Assembly (NCBI GenBank): GCA_040437565.1
Contig: JBDOQK010000007.1
Coordinates: 1-64,000, forward strand
DNA from: Albugo candida
Lineage: Eukaryota
Length of the DNA: 64,000 bases
Reading direction: 5' to 3'
A model generated the notes under the pieces. It was not told the DNA's origin, made no database searches, and saw only the letters and a program-made list of their open reading frames with translations. Made by a program: the position numbers and the translations under genes. Shown here in pieces: positions 26,080-37,924 of the stretch. How positions within the stretch are numbered: the stretch's first letter is position 1; the number at the start of each line of letters is the position of its first letter.

Positions 26080-26245
26080 ATGCATTTCAACACACCACTC
26101 GATCCAGCTATCGATGCTTCGAATGGAACAATTCGGCACGAACCAAGTCGATTAGCGTGTTTGGAATGGCTTTCAAAGCTGGGTGTGGTAGACGCTTGGC
26201 GAATCCAACATCCGACTGAAAAAGTATTTACAGGACCATTACCAC
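26080..26245 (+). mobile_element. LINE APE endonuclease fragment
   Basis: FNTPLDP..HEPSRLACLEWLSKLGVVDAWRIQHPTEKVFTGP; homologous to 61030-61200. Confidence 0.85.
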
Positions 26246-26345
26246 NNNNNNNNNNNNNNNNNNNNNNNNNNNNNNNNNNNNNNNNNNNNNNNNNNNNNNN
26301 NNNNNNNNNNNNNNNNNNNNNNNNNNNNNNNNNNNNNNNNNNNNN

Positions 26346-26940
26346 GAAAAGGTTGCGTTCCGGATTTGGAAAGGTCTTTCTGCTTCCAATTTCGCAGACA
26401 AAACAGACCAATCCGGGTGCTCCCTATCAGCATATAGCTGCAGTATAGCCTCGATATCCGAGGCTTTCGGCTTTCGGATCTCCACGCGATATTTCGCTCG
26501 AGCTCTAGCCTGGTCCTTACGCAAGGAATCCTGTGACTTGATTATTTCTGCCAAAGTGGGACCTTTGGTGTCGTCCACACTTGCAGTTGCAGTTGCCTCT
26601 GAGTCACCCTGTGACGAGGCAACGACAGTACCGCATTTACCACCGGTACCACATCCGACACCGTTAGTACCGGTATTACCCTGTACCGTCACACTGGGGG
26701 TGAGGATACTTTCCACGTCATCACACAGGGGTGACGACTCATCAACAATCATGCAATTACCCAAAACAGGGTGACTCATGAGGGTTGCCACGTTACTACA
26801 AGTGGACGCTAGCACCCTGGGTTGTGTCGATATGTCGACTTGAACCATTGTTTTCGAGAGGAAAGAGTTGAAAAAAGTTGTTTTTTCGAATTGTTTTTAC
26901 TAAATTGGCGGGTTATTTAGTAGCCGGCAAATTGAGAAGT
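26346..26940 (-). mobile_element. LINE 5' end and ORF1 start (close paralog of 22060-22632)
   Basis: MVQVDISTQPRVLASTCS... nearly identical to ORF 22131-22541; shared 5' terminus. Confidence 0.9.
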
Positions 26941-29595
26941 CGCTGTTGGTGGTTCACCAGATCAAGTGCGCATGCACCAAACGATAATGAATATGGTACG
27001 CTCCGTGCTTTTTGGGTCTGGTTTACATCTGAGCTTCTGGGCGATGCGGCGGAACACTCAGCGTATGTTCTCAATCTCAGCCCAACTCGAGGAAACGTTG
27101 GACGNNNNNNNNNNNNNNNNNNNNNNNNNNNNNNNNNNNNNNNNNNNNNNNNNNNNNNNNNNNNNNNNNNNNNNNNNNNNNNNNNNNNNNNNNNNNNNNN
27201 NNNNCACCAGATCAAGTGCGCATGCACCAAACGATAATGAATATGGTACGCTCCGTGCTTTTTGGGTCTGGTTTACATCTGAGCTTCTGGGCGATGCGGC
27301 GGAACACTCAGCGTATGTTCTCAATCTCAGCCCAACTCGAGGAAACGTTGGACGCTCGTCACCTATTGAGGTACTGACGGGCATAAAGTTTCGACTGACC
27401 GATATTTTTATTTTCGACTCATCTTTTACTGCTATCCGAACGCCAAAGCACAAAGCACTTGATCGACGCGAGGAGCAGGGCATCATTATCGGGAATAATG
27501 ATGACATTGAAGGTTACCGTATACTATTTACGAGAGACCGGGTGGTACGCACCACGCAGCACATCCAGAATATTAAGACTTTGAGCGAGAAAGCAAATGT
27601 GCAGCTCATCCGTAAAATCATTGAGGGATTTGAGGGATAAAGTAACGATGCTGGACATCGGGAGGAGCCGCGCAAGGGACAGATCGAGAAAAAAACTCGT
27701 GGAAAACGTCGAGGTCAAGGAAGACGGCTCGCAAAAGGTTCTGTCGATGAATAACTAGTGTCTGGTCCAGGCATGGATATGATAACACGTTACGGTGGGA
27801 GAAAGAACCCATCGCGTGAGATAGATGGGGCGGTTCACCAAGAAGATCCAAAAGAAGTGGAATGCTGCAATGAAAAGCGACAAAAGTGAAGAATGGAAGC
27901 GTGCAGCACAATCTGAACTTGATTCACTGATCGCGAACAACACATGTAAGCTGGTCACGCGCACTTATCGAATGCGCCCACATCACACGAAATGGGTCTT
28001 CAAGACGAAAAAAATGCGGATGGTGACGTAGAACGCTACAAGGCACGCATGGTAGCGTGCGGTAATGAGCAGCTATATGGATATGTTTATACCATGACAT
28101 TTGCCGCTGTCATGGACATGACCACAGGCATAGTTATCTTGGCATTATCGGAAATTTGGGGTGTATCAGCGAGACATGGCGATGTGCCAAATGCATATTT
28201 CAAGGCGCCTACGGAGTCGGATATTGATATATTTTTATATGTCCCACGGGGTATTATTGTGGAAAAGAAGGAGCTTCAAAGACTTGGTGCTCATCAAGTT
28301 AAAGAAGTGGTTCTACAGCTTCAGCGCAGTCTCTGTGGCCTAAGCAGGCAAGACGGCTTTGGGCAAAACTATTGCATACGGAACGGAAGTATTGAAGTCG
28401 GGATTTGTGCATTGTGTCAGGGACACGTGTCTCTACTACAAAGCTGACAGTGAAGGTCAAACTGTCATGGGAGTGTATGTCGATGAATTTCTAGTGACGG
28501 GAACCTCGAAGCGATTTGACGAAGTAATCAAGCTTCTAGCAACGTTGCAGATAAAGGACCTTGGAGTTGTGAGCAAGTTTCTGGGAATGGGACTTTCTCA
28601 TTCGTTTCACGGTAGATATGAAGATGACTAAGAAGAGTACATCGACGAGATGCTATCGAAGTTTGGGCTCCAAGAAGCACATTTTGTGACCATTCCGATT
28701 GGACTTAACTATAACAACTGAGGTAGACCCACTACTTCCTCCTGGTGAGAGTTTAGATGGATCTGCATCGGTGCGGAATTTTTAGTCGTTTGTGGTTTAC
28801 TACTATGGCTAGCACGGTCTATGAGCCCGGACATCGCTTGTGCGGTGCACCGAGTGAGTCGCCTATCACATGCATCCTCTACAGGCGGCTGGGAGCTCGT
28901 TGGGCGAATCGCAAAGTATCTAAAGGGAACCAAGGACGTTAAGCTTCGGCTCAAGCAAAAAGAGACTGTAGATATCGCTACGGTTGAGCTTACAAGTAAC
29001 AGTGACGCTGATATTGCTGATGATAGAGTCGACCGCAAATCTAGCAGCGGTTGGATATATTGCATGAAGGCATGATTGTGGAATGGAAATGCCGAAAGCA
29101 GACACAGTAGCACTATCCACAATTGAAGCAGATCTCGCGTCGTCTTTACACGCACGACAAGAATCATTGGGGTTACATGAGCTACTTACTGAATTGGACT
29201 TTAAGGTTGGAATACCGATGACTATGGAGATGGATAATCAAGCGTCAATTCGTCAATTGAAAAATGAAGAAAGCTCGACGCGTGCAACGCACATTGACAA
29301 CAAGCTGAAATTTATTAGAGATTATGCTAAGAAGGTGCTGTAAAATCTGTCTACATCGCGACGGAAGCGACGGCGGCTGACCTGCTAACGAAATCGTTTA
29401 GCGCTGTTCGGTTGCGAGACTTGATCAAACTGTGCTCGCTAAGTCAAGGAATGGAAGGTGTAGGCGATACATACACGCGATGCCATGACGGAGGAGTATT
29501 GAAAAGAGATTTATTTTCGCTGAGCTCGAAACACAGCGGAAACCCGATCTAGCGGTATAATCACGGCGTGGATGGTGCGTCTGTTGTAGAAACGG
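26941..29595 (+). mobile_element. Copia element: integrase, RT, RNase H, PPT and partial 3' LTR; degenerate
   Basis: RMHQTIMNMVRS, TKWVFKTK, RYKARMVACGNEQ, HGDVPNAY, GVYVDEFLVTG, SDADIADDRVDRKS, MDNQASI. GGAGGAG PPT at ~29490. The copy 26955-27104 = 27205-27354 is a gap artefact. Confidence 0.92.
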
Positions 29596-31303
29596 TACTA
29601 TCTGATGACGATCGATCCTTTCAAAATTTACTTCGACAACATGAACAGCTTAGGATTTGAATTTGGGTCAATGGCACAACTGCCGCAACTGGGTTATTTT
29701 TTGCCGACGATTCGATATTGCTTTCAAAGACGCCATGTGGTGTTTTGACGCAACCCGAAGTCGTCCAAGTCCATTGCGGAGGTTCGGGTGCAAAACTCAA
29801 CCTGAGCAAATCGTCTTTGCTCTCGATGAAGCGTACCATGCCGTATCCACGACTTCCCAATTTGACCATACTGGGTTCGAGCGATTCGATCAAGTATTTG
29901 GTTGTTCCGTTCCAGACACCGACTCATTCGATCGTTATTTCAACTCTCGACAAGCGTTTTTATGATGGGTTTGTTGTCCGGTTTCGACGACCACGAAAAG
30001 TTCGTGGTCGATTACTGGTTGCGCAGACGATGATTTTATCACGTCTGTGGCATTACATGATGCACGTGAACATACCGGCGGAGACTATTCGACAGTGGTA
30101 ATCGATATTAAATCGATTTGTGCTTGGTCGTAAACACAAAAAAGATTCGAAACACGTCCACCCATTATGTCTTCGCCGACAAGACGGTGGACAACAAGTT
30201 CCTATTTTGCTGAAACGACTGAATCTACAACGTATTCAATTCCTTCAACAGCTCGCATCCGATGACTCGACAATTATTTCTGCGAATTGAACAACTGCTT
30301 CGGCGGGATTATTACAAGTTATCTAACCTTCCTTTGGACCACAAGCCGATGGACATATTCACCATAGCACCACATCAACAACGGGAAGTGGTTTGATGGG
30401 AGATTACAGCTTCTTGGAGAAAACACACATTGAAATGTGGCATCAGATTGATACATCGCCGTCAGTACTTCATGGAACAACCGATATGGTTTCACTTCGA
30501 CCAAGAATAACTGATGGAGCTGCTACTCGTAATCCGAGTACGCAAAACGTTCGATACAATCGTGGCACGGTGGACGAACCACATCGGACGTTTCGAAAAT
30601 CGTTGCTGCTTTTTCGAAAAGGCGACACATGGCCAACGAAGGCTTATTTCGTCGCCAACTATTACAACGACTAAGAGCTGAATACATCGGACATGGCTAA
30701 ATGGAAAGTTATTGAATCGACTTTACATTAAAGTCACTCGGCTACTCCAACGTATTTACTCCACGATTGGTCTCATCACTGGGATCGTTCCAAACGCAAG
30801 TGGCGGATCGTTTTACGTGAGAGTGCAAAGCAAGGTAAGGAAGCATTATTCTTCATCCATTCCACGCTCTCAGCTCTCACGTACCGTCTTTAAACCACCC
30901 GAAGCAACCATGAATCATTCGATGATGACACATTGGTCATCACGGGAAAGATCGGACGCGTCTGATTCAGAACAGGTTGGAAAATGTATGGCTACATCCA
31001 GTTATCTTCGGAAGCGTGCCTTACCCATTTCGAAGATCTACAATTTCATCTGGACTTTCGGATGTTGCCAGTTCGATCTCGTTTCTGGTTTCTCGAAGGA
31101 TATTCAGCTCTACGTTATATTGTGCACCCAGCCTTCGTGTGGCGTAATGGGATCCGATCTACATATCTTTCTTGAGTGCTATCGTACGGCACAGTTATGA
31201 CTAGATTTTCTGTGCACTTGGGATCAGTCTCTCCACTTTGGACGCATATTGCATGTGCAACTGTGCCAGCACTACGGACGCAATGGAAGAATTATCGGCA
31301 CAT
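29596..31303 (+). mobile_element. 5'-truncated LINE ORF2 (RT FADD motif to the C-terminal Cys/His finger)
   Basis: GLFFADDSILL..GSGAKLNLSKS, RGRLLVAQTMILSRLWH, CTQPSC..HIFLEC; homologous to 62640-64000. Confidence 0.88.
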
Positions 31304-32029
31304 NNNNNNNNNNNNNNNNNNNNNNNNNNNNNNNNNNNNNNNNNNNNNNNNNNNNNNNNNNNNNNNNNNNNNNNNNNNNNNNNNNNNNNNNNNNNNNNNN
31401 NNNATAAAAGACAGTTTAGGCATTTATAGAAGTTAATTTATATTAGTTATTACAGACCAATCAAGGGTTGAAAAATAAATATCAGCAAGTTATTAAGTTT
31501 CAGCACAGAATGTGTAGATTGCTTCCTCTTAGAAGGTGAGGCCAACGAGATATGCGGGACGTGCACACACAACAACGAGAAATACAGAAAGCCTCTGCGG
31601 AATCAATTCGACTTAAGTCAACTGTTTCCATCAATGTCGGCGATTTGGTGGACCAGAACTTATGGCGTTTACGAAACCGTTGTTCGACGCCTTCAGCAGG
31701 CAGTGGTCGCACTCCGTTAGCAGCTGTGCAGTAACTGTTCTGAAACAGCACCTATAAATCAGCATCTGGCTCAATATTCTTTCCCCGCAATTTTGTACTT
31801 TCGACGGAAACCACAATATGGCATCACTACCTTGAATTTACCCTCGCTGCGTTGGATATAAAAAGTTACAAGTGAGCGTACGAAGAGTTTGGCAGCGCAA
31901 AGGTATCGATTGATTCACTAAAGAGCCAGCGAGAACGTTCAGAGGGGGATGAAAGAGAACACAAAAGATTTGGTCGTGATGTTTATTCAGCTCTTTTTAT
32001 CTGGGTGATTCACACAATCGAGGTAGCTA

Positions 32030-32883
32030 TTACTTTCGATTAATTTTTTGGACTCCAAATTTTAGAACATCTTTCCCATTTTCTTCGAACATCTTGAATT
32101 TGATGTTGTGCGTGTGCGCAGACGAAAGGCCTAGGATCCAGGTATCTTCACGTAATATGATTTTAAACAATGAATGTTTTACAAAATCTTCACATTTGAT
32201 GCTAGCTTCAGATACTTCAGAACCAGACAAACGCGGAAAAAGCACATGAAATACATGCTTCGGAATCGTGGTCGACAATTTCGTAAAATCGAAAAACACA
32301 GTTTGTTCTGCCGAGGTTACGGACCCGTACGAGATTGTAGCCTGCATAAAAAAAAACGTTTCTGATCTTTTAACGCGTTGACTTGAAGGTAGTCCACTGA
32401 GTTGCCCGCACTATCATCCTTCGAACTATCGTCTGAGATGCAGTAGTTCACCAAAGTTGAACTTTCTAAATACAGATTGAGAGTGGCTGTTGGATTCTTT
32501 CGTAGAACACCAACGACAAATGGAATACGGAACCCAAAACTGAGCTTTTCACCGAATGATTGAATAGGCAATGTGGACGTGGAAGGCTTCGCATTAACTG
32601 GTGAAGGCTCCCACGCCTTGTCAAGAAGTGTCGCGGTCGCTTTAATGGGAAATTTATCCCAGCCCCTTATCTCCCACCGATCTTCAGAAGTGCGGGTGTG
32701 TGTTTCAAGCCATACACCCTCTAAATTGTAACCACTTATAACCACTCCATCCAATATAGGATTTTCGTCTCCCTGTTTGATGATAGGTTTATCGATACGT
32801 GCCAGAATAGAAAACCGTGCAGCCGGTCCTTTCAAAGAGGAAATAATGGAAAGTAAGCACAGTTGCAAAGACGCCGTTCTCAT
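32030..32883 (-). CDS. Hypothetical secreted protein, split by a frameshift in an A9/T9 homopolymer (32348-32356)
   Basis: Signal-peptide-like MRTASLQLCLLSIISSLKG. ORFs 32317-32883 and 32030-32347 join if one T is added. Confidence 0.55.
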
Positions 32884-34080
32884 CGAGTCGAAAATTTGAT
32901 AGTGATCGCTCTGCTGCTTAGCACCAAGTACACATTCAAATATTCAAGGGTGGGATATCGGTATAATCTGCTTGCACGCGCAGCCCTATCAGAAAGTTAG
33001 GTTTGATGGGCAACGTTTTTGGAGCCAAAAGAGCGTGTGTGATGCAGCAAAGACGCACGATGTTGTTGTGACGTGATACGTCCGCAACATTTCGTGGAGA
33101 CAACTACTTTCGATTACGATGTGACAATATCAAACAACCTATGCTTTTCTATGGAACCGATAGACATGTAAAAAGCGTACTACATATCTCGCTTTTTCTT
33201 CCCCGTGAAGTTGCATTGTAGTAGAACATTCTCGAAGCTTCTCGGTGCGGGAAGTTGTAATAGCAAGAATCTATTATTACAACTAGGAACGAGACCTTGT
33301 ATTTAGTGGTGCAGGAAGATGTAAATCAGGATATCAATAAATGGTGTGTAAATGATTGCTGGAAGCAAAGACTTTTACGATAGCGTTTCTGACCTGCGTT
33401 GACAAAATGACAATCATTCTGCCTCAGTGATCCTCCAGTGATCCTCGTTTCCACGTGATAACATGCGCTTAGGATTTATACAGATATGCTACCAATAGTT
33501 GTCGCTGTTACATTCGTAGTGAGGTACTAATTCATCTTGGCACGCTTACATGCAGCCTCCTGATTGCTCAATTACCCATCGTGTCCAAGGTTCCGTACGC
33601 GAGAAGACATCTTACAACGTGTATGCTCACACGTCTAAACATATGAGATAATGATACAGAGCGTGTAACGTGACCATTTTCACGCTGTTTTTCGCTACCA
33701 CCTTGATGTAATAGAGGAAGGTGTGCGGGTTGATGTCCAACGAGATGCCGTACCAATATGTTGGGCGCTTTTAAGAATAGGAGACAGATTCGTGGCGTCT
33801 GTGCACGACCCAATCATCAAACAGAGTGCTCGTCCGTTTCCTGGAACATTCCGAATCCTTGAAATGCGATGCCTGAAATGTGAGCTTTATCGCAATAGTA
33901 TGCGTGGGCGTGTAATGCTGCGTACATTAGTGCAATCACAGAATAGATTTCTATGGCGGAGGATGTACGTTCTAATTATCTAGAGGCTAGTGATCATACA
34001 GGGATTGCCAGGTGTGTGATATCTCAAGCTTGGGGTCTGGTGAGCGGTCACAGATGTTACAGTTTATCTCTCCATTTTGA

Positions 34081-34242
34081 ATGAAGCTCAAGCTGTTATC
34101 CCTAGTATCCGCTTTTGTTTCAATCGGATTATCAGAACTGGCTGTACTTGCTCAGCATGAGCATGATATTCAGCACCTGTTTGAGGAGTCAACCTGTGAC
34201 CAAAGTTTGCTCTGTATCAGACAAACGATGATGACGTCCTAA
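34081..34242 (+). pseudogene. Short signal-peptide ORF, possible truncated secreted Cys-motif effector
   Basis: MKLKLLSLVSAFVSIGLSELAVLAQHEHDIQHLFEESTCDQSLLCIRQTMMTS*. Confidence 0.35.
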
Positions 34243-34841
34243 GAATCTTCATTTTCTTCACTAACGAAAAAGAGTACCAACTTTCTCAGTTTGATAGTCA
34301 AGCGCTTGGAGAACGCGAGGTATCAGGTGATATCTAGTGAATCAAAGCAGCATAGCACTGGCTGTTTTCCTATGCTTCGTGGCATCGCGCATACGGTTTG
34401 TGTCATCTAAAAAAAAAACACCTCATTATCGTCACCTTCCCAATGTACGCTTGTAGCTCTTCACATAGCAAGTTCATGCACAATAATGACACGTACGTCT
34501 TCCATTATACACTAATGCTTGACCATGATCATACTTCCATACGTCTTATCCTTTCAATTGCGTTTCTAAATGGTTCATCGCAATGTATAGTGATGAAATG
34601 ACACTTGCGACCTCAGACAATTTNNNNNNNNNNNNNNNNNNNNNNNNNNNNNNNNNNNNNNNNNNNNNNNNNNNNNNNNNNNNNNNNNNNNNNNNNNNNN
34701 NNNNNNNNNNNNNNNNNNNNNNNAGCATCGTTTGAGCTCTGTGCATACGCACAGCTTCTGATGTGATCACAGGTGCTTGTAACGAGGGATTGTAATACAG
34801 CATAAATGAAAGAAGAAGCTGCAATCAACTATATAACAATT

Positions 34842-35689
34842 TTAATCTTTCTTCAGATTGAAATATTCCGTCTCGATGCCGGACGCTGTTATTGTCATAA
34901 TCTCAACGCAGTCACCGGTGTATATGTCTCGCTACGTAATAAATTAGTACTATCCGCGTCAAATAGATATGAACATGCGCTTACTTCTCCAGCAGTGATA
35001 AATGCATCTTTGATGATTTCTTTTGTCTGCACAAAGTATTAGAAAAGCACAAGTGATTTGTACATGGACAACTCTACCTCTTGCTGAGAAAAAACTCGCT
35101 TCGCGTCTGTTCTTGAATAGTGTTCGACGAGATTATCCAGTAGTGGGATCATTAAATGTCCACCTGAGCCCACAGCTCCACGAGAAACTCGATCATAAGA
35201 TCCAATCGCGTCATAGGAGTACACAGCGCCTTTTCCTTCTTTATCGATTCCCGCAAGTAAGCAGAAAGCGTAATAAGGGAAGAAACGACGTGAGTAGAGT
35301 GAGTTCATCAAAACTTGTGCCAGATTCTCAGTTGATATGCTCGCCTCATTGTCGTGCATATACATTTGTATCTGAAGCTGTAGCATTCCACGCAATTGAA
35401 TGACGTCATTGTGAGAGCCGGGAGACGCCAACACGGAATTACAGGTGAGTTTGTGTAACTTTTTTTCGGTTCGACTCAGAATACTGTAACCTGTGCTAAG
35501 ACGACTGTCACCTGCGATCACGACGAAGTCTGGGCCGGCAATAGCTAATGCTGTTCCACCATTGAAGTCATACGGCTCCCACGATGGGCGGTGATGGGTG
35601 TGAATGCTTGATGTAGCGTCTTTGGGATCACCAAAGTTGAGATGTAAAGGTGTATCCCCCTCCGTTGTGCGAGCTGATATCAATTGCAT
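34842..35689 (-). CDS. PSMB1: 20S proteasome subunit beta type-1 (beta6/Pre7); exons 35689-35078, 35026-34985, 34931-34842
   Basis: WEPYDFNGGTALAIAGPDF..LYSRRFFPYY..GAVYSYDAIGSY. GT-AG introns give the C-terminus AFITAGERDIYTGD..LKKD*. Confidence 0.96.
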
Positions 35690-36189
35690 TGGTTTTGAGG
35701 AGATCCTTCCTTACAATTGTCAGAGGTACCGGTTTTTTTGTGTTAGAATTGTAATTATTTTACATTAGATATGGGAATTATTAAATTGTGACTATAAACG
35801 GATATTCCGTGAGTAGACATTTTGAGCACAAACTCTGATATGTCGAATGTGCGAATTTATGAATCAGATATTTATGAATGCCAACATTTGGGAAATTGAG
35901 AGTTGGAGTTGGTGCGTGGTATGCATGACGATAGAGAAGGCTTGCGCATGAGCTAGACTACATCCCTACATAGCCTTGAGCAATGAGTTTTGTGTGATAC
36001 ATATAGACACACTTACCATCTCAATCGCCATTGTCTTTTAGCAAGCAATCTATTCATTTACTATCTATCCACACTTGTGCTACTGATCTCTTATAACGAC
36101 ATTATCACAACCTTTCAACTACTCAATGGCCATAACCTTTAATTCTGCAGCTCACGGTACTTACTTCCTCATCATTGGAGCAAAACGTT

Positions 36190-37720
36190 ATGGCAACTCG
36201 CGATGAGTACGAATTTCAATCTGAAAATGAACGCTCATTCATTATCAATGGTTTGCAAAGTAAACCCTGTCTACGTACCGATGGTCGAGAGGCTATGCAA
36301 CAACGCAAGGTGTCCAATGAATAGCAATGCATTTCTTTTGCAATACCCTTATTCCACTTTAATAGATTTCTATCCAATTTCGCCGAAATACCTCACAAAG
36401 TCAAGCGATCCTTTGTTTAGGAGGCACACGGTACATGCGCATTCGACACAGAAGCTGATCTCTCATGCTCTTTCATGTAGCGTGCTGGCAAACGTGCATG
36501 GCGACATTGTGAGTCCATTTCCCGATAGACCAACAGAAGGATTCTTCTATATTAATGTCGAGTTATCTCCAATGGCCTCACAAAACTTTGAAACAGGTCG
36601 TCCGTCTTCTCTATCGATAGAACTTGCAAAGATGATTGATCGTAGTATTCGTGATTGTCGCGCTTTCGACACAGAAGCACTTGCTATTATATCGGGTGAG
36701 AAAGTATGGGCAATATACTGTGACGTACACGTCGTTGATTGTGATGGAAACCTCACAGATGCGGTTCAAATTGCAGCAATTGCAGCATTGATGCATTTTC
36801 GACGACCTGATTTCAGTGTCGATTTGCAGAAAAACAATGGAAATGTACAGAATGTCGATACATTTGATGTGATTCCATTGAGTTTACATCATATTCCTCT
36901 GTCAGTGTCTTTCTGCTACATATCAAATCAAAGCGATATCGACAAAAAAGATGGCGCACCGTTATCTCCAATATTCTTCATCGACCCAACCGATCGAGAA
37001 GAGAAAGTTATGGATGGGACTATAAGCTTCACATTCAATTCGTTTCGAGAATTATGTGCTGTGCATAAGAATGGCGGTGCACCGATATCCACAGACGATA
37101 TTTTGCGATGCGCACAAATCGCAGCAGCTCGTGTTGGCGAATTGGTGAGCGTACTGAAAGAAGAGGAACGTAAAGCCGATCAAGTTGCATCGGCTCGACA
37201 TCGCTCGAAATTGAGAGGACGTGATTTTGTGGACATTTCATCGATCCATTATGAGCAATCGACGGCAGATATTATCCAAGTGGATCTTGGCGATTTAACG
37301 GATTTCAGGAAAATGCACATGCGTATCCCGATAGGAGGGAATGAAGCCAACGATGAGAATTGTAATGAGCACGTGTCATCAATGGCAGAACTCCTCCAAG
37401 TGCTTGAGATGACGACGGGAATTCAAGCAAATACCGAAATGGTAGACGAGTCGCCGAGAAAAGCACACTCTGTTGGCATCAATTTGAGCAGTACAAGCAA
37501 AGCAGAATTCGCAGCAAGTGTGAATGATACACAAACGGACTCGTCACGGATCAAAGATACGTTTGCAAGCGAGGATTCTATTGAAGAGGATGAACCCATG
37601 ATCGTGGAAAGCGAATTTGCAAGTCGACCAGTAGCCAAACCTTTATCAAATGCAAAGTCGGAGAGTTCTGAGGAAGAAGATCATAATTTATTGGCAGCAG
37701 TGAGACGAAATAAACGCTGA
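36190..37720 (+). CDS. RRP45: Exosome complex component RRP45 (EXOSC9), two 5' introns
   Basis: MATRDEY..SENERSFI..RTDGR; PFPDRPTEG..ELSPMAS, DTEALAIISGEKVW, DGNLTDA, ALMHFRRPD, DPTDREE (RNase PH fold). Confidence 0.93.
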
Positions 37721-37924
37721 ATTCTCAAAAGCATACGACGCTTTATGATCCGAAAGTGACACAAATGGCTGTGGATCGACGCCAAAAGGAGAAGAAAGCG
37801 CATATACGAACAACAATGAGAATCAGCTGATTTCAGCTCCATACGTTGTGGTACAGAAACAGCAAAAGTAATCCAAAAAAAAATCCATTCTTTCCCCATT
37901 GCATCAGATCTCTTTTTCGACCTT

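Noticed and set aside
25405-26139. 244-aa minus-strand ORF as a gene
   Set aside because: It is antisense to the GH31 pseudogene and LINE fragment, with no recognisable motif.
31500-31816. Short ORFs after the gap
   Set aside because: No recognisable motifs or splice-supported structure.
36203-36480. ORF-track N-terminus of the 505-aa ORF
   Set aside because: It reads through introns in the wrong frame; the RRP45-like start is the ATG at 36190.
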